A program made the translations under genes and the position numbers. Below are positions 1 to 11,304 of a DNA stretch of 64,000 bases, in pieces. How positions within the stretch are numbered: position 1 is the stretch's first letter; the number at the start of each line of letters is the position of its first letter. The notes under the pieces were generated by a model, which made no database searches, was not told where the DNA came from, and saw nothing but the letters and a program-made list of their open reading frames with translations. This DNA is from Macrostomum lignano (Eukaryota): assembly GCA_002269645.1 (NCBI GenBank), contig NIVC01003283.1:42635-106634 (forward strand), in the 5' to 3' direction.

Positions 1-819
1 CTTGAGCTCGCGGCACTTCTGCATCAGTCGCTTTTCGCTTTCGTGGCTCTTTTGCAGGGCGCGCATCAGCTTCTCGTATTCGAGTTTGAACTTGTCCAGG
101 CCTTTGTTGCCCTGCAGCTCCTGCAGCACTTCCTGGAAGTCTTTCTCAAGCGTGTCGAACGCTGAGTCATCCATCATACCCTTTTCCTTTCGGTCCTCCT
201 TCTCCTGTGAACAAGTTAGTATGGTTTAAATTCTTAAAGTTGATTATAAAGTACCAGCTATCCTTTAATTCTATAAGTTGACGATGTTTGCTTTCATATA
301 TTCAAAATTATTTCCTTGCCAGCAAAAATTGTAGCCATTCGTAGCAATCGTGATTTCATAAGGTGGCATACAAATAATAATCACATTTATTCAGATAAGC
401 AAATATATCTAAATTGTTTAAAATATAATGTATGTTTGTCTATATTGTTATTTTATGAAACTGTGCATTAATGACATTTACATGATTGACCGATTAAGAA
501 AAGCATCAGAAAACTGGAAACTGGAAGCATCAGGAACAAGCTCTTAGCATTTATCGATACATCATGGACATTATTATCAAACAATGTCTTGGTAATTTCA
601 GTCTCAGCAATTTTACAATATAGTATTGTATCTTTTTAATCCAGATTTTGGTTTTGGGTTAGATTAATTTTGGTCTTGTTGGTTAATAAATCTTGGTTAA
701 TAAATCTTTAAAGATAAATTTTCTTAATTTTTAAAAATAGTTCTCTTTTCAGAATAAAATTTCACTCTTGGAAAAAATGGAAGAAAAATTCTATAAGTAA
801 AAAATCTTACCTCAGTCAT
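1..819 (-). CDS. CFAP58: Cilia- and flagella-associated protein 58 (CCDC147), 5' end; coding exons 819-811 (MTE) and 204-<1; gene runs off the left edge
   Basis: The minus strand 204-1 reads EKEDRKEKGMMDDSAFDTLEKDFQEVLQELQGNKGLDKFKLEYEKLMRALQKSHESEKRLMQKCRELK. This matches my recollection of the CFAP58 N-terminus (SAFEEMERDFQ..L.KFR.EYE.L...EKRLM.KCREL). Acceptor tcacag ends at 205. The upstream exon ATGACTGAG|gtaaga at 819-811 is phase 0 compatible. Confidence 0.88.
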
Positions 820-1545
820 TTCAGTGCCTTTGTGCACTTACTTTGAACGCTTTATACAGGTGTTCTATATACTATTGTAAGTTGGAATTGAATGAATCTT
901 CTGTTGTGCGACGATTTTCGGAACAAATAATTTCAATGCAAGATTCAAACAGTCTCGTTAGTATTGGTTTCCATAGGTTATGTGTACTTTTTTGCTTTAA
1001 TGATTAATTAAGTTCGTATAAAACCTGTATACATATGAATAATATTTTCTTAAAATGAAATCTAGTCGCAAAGACACAGAGAAAAAAGTAGGTTTTGTTT
1101 TAATGTATAACTTTTTCCGCAACTTAAAACCGTTGGACGAACGAAACGAAGCAAGACAGTTCCTATCGTCACAAGCCCATCTTAATTCGTGGTTTTGTAT
1201 TCTAAATTTTGCTATATTGTTTTAAAGCCTACTACAGTTTCTAAATTTTTAGAGTTCGATTAACATCGGATTTAGCAATTTTTTACTTCACTTTTAAATA
1301 ATTAAAGAATCGTTTATGCACCATGTAGTTCACGTACGTGTTTGTTAAATTGTTAAGAATAAAAACTATTTCAACATTTAGATTGATAGTTTTTTACTTT
1401 CAATAGTTTTCTAACTTAAGTTATTTGATATCTGGTAAATTCAGAAACATTCCTAACTAAATTAAAAGACCTTAACTTGCTTGCATATAGGGACTTCTAA
1501 TTGAAAAAAGTTTTTTCAAATTTTAACATTCAACATTGCGTATAC

Positions 1546-1606
1546 CAAGGACCACTGTAGTAGTGGGGTTCGTGTTGGCAGAGTGCTTCTACTACAGTGG
1601 TCCTTG
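1546..1606. repeat. Perfect 18-bp inverted repeat with a 25-nt loop
   Basis: CAAGGACCACTGTAGTAG (1546-1563) and CTACTACAGTGGTCCTTG (1589-1606). Confidence 0.9.
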
Positions 1607-2801
1607 ACGCATGTATGCATAGATACACACGCTCGTATAAGTACTAAGTAATCTAAAATTAGTGAGTTCTAGGAAAGAGTTTTGCAAAAGAATCGGTGAC
1701 AATAAATAACAACAAAAAATTCTGTGCATTAAGTACAACGCGTTCGTTGCAGGCCGGCTGATTAATTATATGAAGCCGTATTTAAGACAAAGAGACAAAA
1801 TGAGTCACATGAGGCCTAATTATAAATTATGTATTGAATTATTTTGTATTCAATGGATTATTATGAATTCCATTGTGCTGCTTTCGTTTTTTATACGCTC
1901 GTACATTGTGCAATTTATAGCTTTTTGCGTTCTAGTTTGAACTGCGGGCTTTTAATTTGGACACAGAAGTCAAGCAAAGCCCAGAGAATGCTGGCTAGTC
2001 TATGGCACAAACCAGAAGCAACTGACGGGCTTTTAAATTCGACAGTCATATTCGAATCAAATTTTTAACAAACACCAATTTACCATCTGAGGCCACAGAT
2101 TCAAAATATTTATTATTTTCATAGAAAAATCTAAATATAACCCGCAGCTTATAAAACACGGCATTTCACCCATCATTCATCCGGAAAAATGGAGAAATCT
2201 GAGACCGAAATCGTGGACGATTTTATCCAGCCTCGACAGGCCAGCCCAAGCTCTCGATATTCCGATTCGAAATTCGAGATTCGACAGGAAGCTATAAAGA
2301 TCCCAGTCGCATAAATCCGTGTGGGATTAGCAGCATCCACCGCCGCTGGTACAGTATAAGCCATTAGCAAAGTGCCCCACCCATCACTTCATTCTCTCTC
2401 CCTCCTGTTTCTCTCTCTGTCCGTCTGAGCGCTCCCTCCAGCGCCACTATTGGCCCATCCGTAGACACTGTTGCCGTTGGGAGGGGCCGCCGGCCTGCGC
2501 CACTGGCAAGTTTTTGGGCACGGCGCACGGCGCTAAGGTTGGTCGGGCAACACGGATGAAAGGGAGCGAGCATGCAGAGGCTGAGAGAGAGGGGGGAGGG
2601 AGAATAAAACCGGGCGTGGTTCGAGAGATCGCGATGAGGCTCTGAGCATCTGAAACGCTCACACGAGCCACTCTGGATGCTCATCTATACTGACGCTGCG
2701 GAGATTAAGGAGCCAAACTGGTACGATATCCCCGGATTCATCTCAAGAATCTTGAGCAGTATCATCCCGGATAGCACGAGAAGACAGGGCAGCCAGCAAC
2801 A

Positions 2802-5800
2802 ATGGAGACTCAATCGGGCAGCAGCGTAGGCGGAGTCTCTGGAGCTTCGGCTGAGTGAGTTCAATGATACAGAATCCCCATGGAACAGTGTGTATGAGCA
2901 GTTCAATGATACAGAATCCCCATGGAACAGTGTGTATGAGCAGTTCAATGATACAGAATCCCCATGGAACAGTGTGTATGAGCAGTTAAATGATACAAAA
3001 TCCCCATGGAACAGTGTGTATGAGCAGTTCAATGATACAGAATCCCCATGGAACAGTGTGTATGAGCAGTTCAATGATACAGAATCCCCATGGAACAGTG
3101 TGTATGAGCAGTTCAATGATACAGAATCCCCATGGAACAGTGTGTATGAGCAGTTCAATGATACAGAATCCCCATGGAACAGTGTGTATGAGCAGTTCAA
3201 TGATACAGAATCCCATGGAACAGTGTGTATGAGCAGTTCAATGATACAGAATCCCCATAGAACAGTGTGTATGAGCAGTTCAATGATACAGAATCCCCAT
3301 AGAACAGTGTGTATGAGCAGTTCAATGATACAGAATCCCCATAGAACAGTGTGTATGAGCAGTTCAATGATACAGAATCCCCATAGAACAGTGTGTATGA
3401 GCAGTTCAATGATACAGAATCCCCATAGAACAGTGTGTATGAGCAGTTCAATGATACAGAATCCCCATAGAACAGTGTGTATGAGCAGTTCAATGATACA
3501 GAATCCCCATAGAACAGTGTGTATGAGCAGTTCAATGATACAGAATCCCCATAGAACAGTGTGTATGAGCAGTTCAATGATACAGAATCCCCATAGAACA
3601 GTGTGCATGAGCAGTTCAATGATACAGAATCGCAGTGAGCTGGTGCAGAACCGAATAGCATAAACAACTAACAGATATATAAATTCCCTGGAAACCGCGT
3701 CACGCCCACACGCTTGCAGGAGCGGTGACACCGAGGAGGTGCTCAGCATGCGGAGCAGCCGCCTAGAATGCCTCACCGCCGGGCTGGTGCTCGCAGACCT
3801 GGCGCTCGTGACCCACCAGCTCGCACTGGATGCCTCCAGCGGCGAGTCCTCTGGAAATAAAAACTGTAAGAATTACAGTTGGTGCAAGAAGGAAACCAAC
3901 AGTTAGAATTGATTAAAATAATCCATTTCAATATTTCGGGACAAAAATGATTTCCAGATACGGTCACTGCTCCACCGAAATGGCAACAGGGCAGGAATCA
4001 GTTTTTCACGGCTGTTCTCATATTCAGCGTAATCTTCGTCATTGAGGTGAGTACATTCGTTTGTCGTCATGCTTTCACGTTTCCGCCTCTTATATATAAA
4101 AATATTGTTTTGTAGAGCGTCTGGCGAAATGGCAGAAATCTGATGAAACATCGACGGCTGCTTGCTTTGGATGTGAGACTTGGATTTGACGACAAATATG
4201 CTATTATTCGAATCCTAATTCAAACTTTTACCATGTTAAACAAAACCTCAGCTGATAAGCAAGCCCTCACTCCTCCACCCACCTCACGCCTCCATCTACC
4301 TCACTAATCCAACCACTTCACTTCTCCACCCACCTCACTCCTCCACCCACTTCACTCCTCCGCCCACCTCACTCCTCCGCCCACCATACTCCTCCGCCCA
4401 CGTCACTCCTCCAACCACCTCACTAACCCATCCACCTCACTCCTCCACACACCTCACTCCTCCGCCCTCCTCACTCCTCCGCCCACCTCACTCCTCGCCC
4501 TCCTCACTCCTCCGCCCACCTCACTCCTCCGCCCTCCTCACTCCTCCGCCCTCCTCACTCCTCCGCCCACCTCACTCCTCCGCCCACCTCACTCCTCCGC
4601 CCACCTCACTCCTCCACCCACCTTACTCCTCCACCCACCTCACTCCTCCACCCACCTCACTCCTCCGCCCTCCTGACTCGTCCAGCATCCACTCTGCAGC
4701 ATCAAAACTAGAAAAAACCGTGACCCTTTTCTCAACCAAGGCCTTCGACTGTTGCGTGTGCATCGGCAGCTGCTTGGTAAATTTCGGGCTGCACTTCAGC
4801 GGTGCCAAAAAACTGCTGCGAGACCTGCTAGCGCTGCTGGTGGCGGCTCGGCTAAGCAGGACCGTGCAGCTCTGCCGAGGTGAGCCGCTTCATAGAGCAT
4901 TTGTTCAGGTAAAAATGACTTCGCGTAACTCAGGCACACCGCTGCAATGCAGGCCTGAGCTACACCGAAAAGCAGCGGCTCATTCAGCTGCTCAATAGTC
5001 AGCATCAAGTTGAAGCCGCCGGCGCTGAGAGGCTGCGAAAGCTGCAGACGGAACTGGCCAACAGGGACCTTGAGTGCCAGGACCTGCGAGCGCTCATCAA
5101 GGCAGCAACTTTGTCCAGACACCGGCTGAAGATGAGTGAGTTGCCTGGTTCAAAGTGTTTGCTTGCGGCCAGTCTGAGTATCTCATGGGTTATATCAGAA
5201 TCTCATCTAAGGATCTCAAAGCTATCTCTAAAATCTCATCTCAGTATCTCATGGGCCATCACTAAAATCTAATCTCAGAATCTTACAGCCAATTCTAAAA
5301 ATCTCATAGCCAAATTTAAAATCTCATCCAGTATCCCATAGCCAAATCTAAAATCTCATCTCAGTATCCCATAGCCATCTCCAAAATCTCATCTCAGTAT
5401 CTCATAGTCATCAATGAAATCTTATCTCAGTATCTCATGGGCCATCATTCTAAAATCTCATCTCAGTATCTCATAGCCATCCCTAAAATCTCATCGCAGA
5501 GCAACAGTTGCAAATGGAGAAGCCGCTACCAGAGCATCGAATGCTGTCACCGCCGCCATCGACTCCAACGGAGCGAGTCTCCCAGCATCAGCAGCGCCAT
5601 CACCCGTACGACTCGGGGCACAGCTCGGACTCGGCGCCGGAGAGCCCGCAGGAGCCGGAGCCGGCCGCGGCAATCCAGCCAGACGAGGACCAGCAGGTGA
5701 TGGGTGAAGCTGCGGCATCAGAGCAAGGACAACTTAAGTTTAACAAAGTGACTTCAGTGGTCCTTGCATCCGAGACCGATAAGGCTGAAGGTTCGTGCTG

Positions 5801-7589
5801 GTGGGTCATGGGATTATGGAAAGTGGGTCATGGGATTATGGAAAGTGGGTCATAGGATTATGGAAAGTGGGTCATGGGATTATGGAAAGTGGGTCATGGG
5901 ATTATGGAAAGTGGGTCATGGTATTATGGAAAGTGGGTCATGGGATTATAGAAAGTGGGTCATGGGATTATGGAAAGTGGGTCATGGGATTATAGAAAGT
6001 GGGTCATGGGATTATGGAAAGTGGGTCATGGGATTATTGAATCTGGGTCATAGGATGATATAATCGGAGTCATTGGATTATTGAATCTGAGTCATAGGAT
6101 TTTGGAATCTGGGTCATGGGATTATTGAATCTGGGTCATGGGATTATGGAAAGTGGGTCATGGGATGATAGTGTTGTGAGCCCCGTCCTCCGGAGCAACG
6201 CCTACAGCTTTAACCTGTCGGGAAGCTGCGACCCCCAGGTCCCCAGTCAGAGCTCCCGTCCCGCGCCCTAGGGAGAAGCAGAAAAAGGACAGTAAATCGC
6301 GAACACGAACTTACACACCGTAGCCGATGCAATTCGCCGTGCACTTTTTATGGTAGATCGACGAGTCGTTTTAGTCAATAGCCAACGGAGGCGGACCAAC
6401 GCGCGCAAGGGAGGAGTCTGCCCTCCAGACAGCGACTATATATTTTTCATTGGTCCTACGCGTACATGAATATACCTTAAGAACAAATGTACGGTACAGC
6501 AGGGGAGGTGGGCGGGGTGGCGTGATCGGCGTACGCATTGATTATTGATTGGAGGGGTGGGGCAGACTGGAGGGTTGGGGCGGGGCAGGAGGGCGAGAAA
6601 GGGCACGATTGCACAACAATAGAATCTGGGTCATGGGATTATGGAACGTGGGTCATGGGATTATGGAAAGTGGGTCATGGGATGATAGAATATGGGTCAT
6701 GGGATTATGGAATCTGGGTCATGGAATTATGGAAAGTTCGTCATGGAATTATAGAATTATGTCATGGGATGATAGAATATGGTTTATGGGATTATAGAAT
6801 CTAGGCTATGCGATTATAGAATCTCGGTCATGGGATTATGGAATCGGGGTCATGGGATTAGAAAATCTGGGTCATGGGATTATAGAATCGGGGTCATGGG
6901 ATTATAGAATCGGGGTCATGGGATTAGAAAATCTGGGTCATGGGATTATAGAATCGGGGTCATGGGATTATAGAATCGGGGTCATGGAATTAGAAAATCT
7001 GGGTCATGGGATTATAGAATCGGGGTCATGGGATTATAGAATCGGGGTCATGGTATTAGAAAATCTGGGTCATGGGATTATAGAATCGGGGTCATGGGAT
7101 TATAGAATCGGGGTCATGGTATTAGAAAATCTGGGTCATGGGATTATAGAATCGGGGTCATGGGATTATAGAATCGGGGTCATGGTATTAGAAAATCTGG
7201 GTCATGGGATTATAGAATCGGGTCATGGGATTATAGAATCGGGGTCATGGTATTAGAAAATCTGGGTCATGGATTGTAGAATCTGGGTCATGGGATTATA
7301 GAATCTGGGTCATGAGATTATAGAATCTAGGTCATGAGATTATAGAATCTGGTTCATGGGATTACAGAATCTTGGGTCATGGGATTATAGAATCTGAGTC
7401 AAGGGATCGATTATATAAATCTGGGTCAAAGGAATTTAGAATTTGGGTCATAGGATTATTGAGTCGGGTCAAGGGATTATAGAATCTGGACATTCGCAAC
7501 ATATCAGGCAACATCAACCTATCCATCATTGCATTGCAGTTGTCAGTGAAACAGCAGCAGCGGAAACCGCAGGCCTTGAAGGAGATTAA
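2802..7589 (+). CDS. Divergent voltage-sensing-domain-only membrane protein of the Hv1 (HVCN1)/TMEM266 family, about 335 aa; exons 2802-2854, 3720-3865, 3958-4046, 4116-4172, 4741-4879, 4953-5135, 5500-5790, 7540-7589
   Basis: All junctions are GT-AG with consistent phase (total 1008 nt). Four TM segments align by eye to human Hv1: S1 SSRLECLTAGLVLADLALVTHQLALD, S2 FFTAVLIFSVIFVIESVWR, S3 AFDCCVCIGSCLVNF, S4 LLALLVAARLSRTVQLCRG. These are followed by a coiled coil (ERLRKLQTELANRDLECQDLRALIK) and a disordered tail. The first and last exons are less certain. Confidence 0.75.
2859..3630. repeat. 42-bp minisatellite, about 18 copies, in Hv-like gene intron 1
   Basis: Unit GTTCAATGATACAGAATCCCCATGGAACAGTGTGTATGAGCA. 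The left half has CATGG and the right half CATAG, switching at a 1-nt deletion near 3210. Confidence 0.97.
4262..4678. repeat. 17-bp C-rich minisatellite in Hv-like gene intron 4
   Basis: Unit CTCCTCCGCCCACCTCA, degenerate on the left. Confidence 0.93.
5180..5499. repeat. Degenerate ~34-bp minisatellite in Hv-like gene intron 6
   Basis: Unit approximately TAAAATCTCATCTCAGTATCTCATAGCCATC; the last unit forms the real acceptor. Confidence 0.85.
5803..7490. repeat. 22-bp minisatellite in Hv-like gene intron 7, interrupted by the solo LTR
   Basis: Unit GGGTCATGGGATTATAGAATCT, with variant GGGTCATGGGATTATGGAAAGT. Confidence 0.95.
6172..6618 (-). mobile_element. Solo LTR (447 bp), probably Ty3/Gypsy type, inserted in the 22-bp intronic minisatellite
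   Basis: Starts TGTTGTG and ends CACAACA (7-bp inverted termini, TG..CA). Flanked by a 4-bp direct repeat ATAG (6168-6171 and 6619-6622). The array resumes on both sides. Orientation is inferred from CCAAT, TATA-like and ATAAAA motifs on the minus strand. Confidence 0.8.
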
Positions 7590-8085
7590 TTAAGGAGCGG
7601 ACTAACAAAATCTGCCAATTCTATCTTACCCATACAAAGGCAAACTTGCTTTGAAAATACTGGACAATACTGCAATTTAAAACGCTTACTGGGCTTGGCT
7701 TTTGTGTCTATTTTGCCCAGATATTTTTCCTATTTTTGAGTTAAGGATTGTTCTCACATCTCATACGGAGTTGCTTGAGTGCTCAAATACAGCAAGAACT
7801 CAATACACACCCGATGTGAATCGCGGAAAATCAATATTTTCAAAAGCTATAAATTAAATAATGCTCTCGGCATTGATTTTTTTAGTTATAGTCATCAACC
7901 AATTACGTTGCGATGAATGCAAGGACCAATAGGAGTTTCAGGTATTTAAACTACACTCAATCATAGCTTATACACCCAATCAGGTAGAGAATTCTATTAA
8001 AATTCGGTATCAAATGTAGAAATAAAGATCTGTGGCAAGAATATTTGCTTTGAAATTCTCCTCCTGATCGTCTTCTTATCAACTC

Positions 8086-8325
8086 GATTGGCTTCATTGT
8101 CTATGGCCGAGAGCAGTTCTGTGGTAGAGTTTATGATTGGCTTCATTGTCTATGGCCGAGAGCAGTTCTGTGGTAGAGTTTATGATTGGCTTCATTGTCT
8201 ATGGCCGAGAGCAGTTCTGTGGTAGTGTTTTTATTGGCTTCATTTGTCTATGGCCGAGAGCAGTTCTGTGGTAGTGTTTTTATTGGCTTTATTGTCATGG
8301 CCGAGAGCAGTTTTGTGGTAGTGGA
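8086..8325. repeat. 49-bp tandem repeat, about 5 copies
   Basis: Unit TGATTGGCTTCATTGTCTATGGCCGAGAGCAGTTCTGTGGTAGAGTTTA. Confidence 0.92.
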
Positions 8326-9004
8326 ATACGAAAAAAGCACTATCAGTCAAATATACATGTACGAGTATGGTATTTCAATTGCCGATAAGAGCGAAAACTC
8401 ATAGACTAGGGGGACATTCTCCGTTTGTCTAATTATTTGTCTTAATGCCTATGCCATGCACAATACTCTTTTGGTACCAGTGGCACTCGTGTTTGAGGCC
8501 GAGCACAGAAGTAACGGACTAATTTCTGCATACATGCTAAGCACCTGTACTTCAAATCAGCTACAGCACTTATTTAAAAGTACACACATTTTAGTCAATG
8601 CCGCCCACACGTGTTTGATGCTTGCGCGTCATCAGATCAGCAATCAATCTTAAGCCCGCTCATCGACCCCTCCTCCCAGCCCAGGTAGCCTGTCGGAAAT
8701 GTCGCACTGAACGGAATGCAGTGTCGGCAGGGAAATTATCGACCGCGATGGCTACCCGCATGTTGTGGCCGGGTGACCCCACCCGATTTGGGCAACACGA
8801 GAAGGGGAGCAACTCATATTTCCCCTTTTGCTTCCCAGTCTCATACTTCGGGAGCACTGACTGCAACTGAAGGGAAGACAGGGCTGATTTATTCGATTTA
8901 GGATCTGATAATAACAATAAGTACAAATGGCAATTGCAGCACCGGAGTCTGATAGAATGCTAGCAATATACTACTTGTGCAGTGATATGCGGAACAGCTG
9001 AGGC

Positions 9005-9420
9005 CGAGGGGTAAACAGGGGAGGCGGTGGGGTAAACAGGTGAGGCGGTGGGGTAATCAGGGGAGGCGATGGGGTAAACAGGGAAGGCGGTGGGGTAAAC
9101 AGGTGAGGCGGTGGGGTTAACAGGGGAGGCGGTTGGGGTTAACAGGTGAGGCGGTTGGGGTTAACAGGTGAGGCGGTGGGGTTAACAGGGGAGGCGGTTG
9201 GGTTTAACAGGTGAGGCGGTTGGGGTAAACAGGTGAGGCGGTGGGGTTAACAGGGGAGGCGGTTGGGGTTAACAGGTGAGGCGGTGGGGTTAACAGGTGA
9301 GGCGGTGGGATTAACAGGTGAGGCGGTGGGGTTAACAGGGGAGGCGGTTGGGTTTAACAGGTGAGGCGGTTGGGGTAAACAGGTGAGGCGGTGGGGTTAA
9401 CAGGGGAGGCGGTGGGGTCA
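9005..9420. repeat. 21-22-bp minisatellite
   Basis: Unit AACAGGTGAGGCGGT(T)GGGGTT. Confidence 0.95.
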
Positions 9421-10173
9421 AGTTGAGGACAACTAAAGACCTGAAATGAAGAACAATCCATTGGAAAGAGCCGCACAGCTCACAATAATGCCATGTTGCA
9501 ATTATTTGTGTATCAGTGCACAAAGTTTGCCTGTATCCCAGCATATGACGCAGGCAGACGGAAAATATTAAATTATATTATTAAATAGTTATAACATATT
9601 ATTTATTATATTAATAAACTTTGAGACGGTGAGACAGATATCAAGGACATACGAGTACGTTTATACAGTTAGCAATTCATTGTGAGGCGCAAAAAATCCT
9701 AATTGAAAAGAGCAGAAGCTTTGGTCTGGAAATAAGGATCTGAAGAAGTGCACTGTTTAGAATAAATTAATGAGGACACTACAAAAAGCAGACTGGCTAT
9801 TTGGCCAAGCGGCAAATGACAGCCAATTTGTAACTGAAGGATTCACTCTTTTATATGTTAAATATGTTAAATTGTGGCAGAAAAAAGCCCTATTCGGCGG
9901 GTAAGGAATCTGCTTCAGTCTACAAAGCAGAGGTGGGAAACAAAAAGCAACAGACAAATGAGCAGAGACAAGCTATCAGAAGTTCTCTAAGAAAATATAC
10001 TTTCTTCTCAGGAATATTATTTATGGTCTTTGCTGTGAATTTCAAAAACGATAGAAGCGTTTTTTAGATCCTACAGATTGCTCAAGCCACACACTGTGAC
10101 AAAATACGAGGTATTCGAATAAGTGGAGCATAACGCATAAGCAAATAATAAGGATAGTTGACAAAACAAAATC

Positions 10174-10830
10174 AGTGACATCACCTGGGGATGCGGGAGA
10201 GTCGGTGACATCACCTGAGGATTCGGGAGAGTCGGTGACATCACCTGGGGATGCGGGAGAGTCGGTGACATCACCTGGGGATGCGGGAGAGTCGGTGACA
10301 TCACCTGGGGATGCGGGAGAGTCGGTGACATCACCTGAGGATTCGGGAGAGTCGGTGACATCACCTGGGGATGCGGGAGAGTCGGTGACATCACCTGGGG
10401 ATGCGGGAGAGTCGGTGACATCACCTGGGGATGCGGGAGAGTCGGTGACATCACCTGGGGATGCGGGAGAGTCGGTGACATCACCTGGGGATGCCGGAGA
10501 GTCGGTGACATCACCTGGGGATGCCGGAGAGTCGGTGACATCACCTGGGGATGCGGAGAATCGGTGACATCACCTGGGGATGCGGAGAGTCGGTGACATC
10601 ACCTGGGGATGCGGGAGAATCGGTGACATCACCTGGGGATGCGGGAGAATCGGTGACATCACCTGGGGATGCCGGAGAGTCGGTGACATCACCTGGGGAT
10701 GCGGGAGAATCGGTGACATCACCTGAGGATGCGGGAGAATCGGTGACATCACCTAAGGATGCGGGAGAATCGTTGACCTCTCCTGAGGATGCGGGAGAAT
10801 CGGTGACATCACCTGGGGATGTGGGAGAAT
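10174..10830. repeat. 30-bp minisatellite, about 22 copies
   Basis: Unit GTCGGTGACATCACCTGGGGATGCGGGAGA. Confidence 0.96.
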
Positions 10831-11304
10831 TGATTGAATGATGAGACACTCAGCCAAAGCAAGCCGAGACACAAAGCCAAAGACAATGCGATTACTTATG
10901 AGTAGTAGCGAGAGAGAAAGTGTGCGAAAACTGAAAGACACCAAAAAAACAAAACAACACTTATAGCAACGTATAAAATTACATACTTAGACAGTGAGAG
11001 TAAATTTTCAAAGTTAAATAAACAATTTATTGTATGTCGTTTTTCTGTGAGAGACAAAGAAGAAAACGTTTTAACTGACAAAAAAGCAGGCAGACAAAAT
11101 TCATCAAATTTTTTTGACAGCGTGGTAACTTGGATATAAATAAGCGAAATTATCTTGGGGGAAAAAGCACAAAAAAGCTGTTCTGCCACAAGGAGAGATC
11201 GGTAAGTCCGCTGAGTCTACAGTTTAGTGTCTTGCGATTCCTGCCCAACTCTTGGGAGGGGGGAGAGGGAGAATATCCCAATAAGCGATCAATCACTGAT
11301 AGAG

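Noticed and set aside
6208-6323. Initially taken as the last exon of the Hv-like gene
   Set aside because: It lies inside the solo LTR. A phase-compatible exon after the array (7540-7589) is the more likely native one. Kept only as possible exonisation.
7627-7740. Minus-strand donor and acceptor signals suggesting small exons
   Set aside because: The implied intron would be only 20 nt, and the peptides are unrecognisable.
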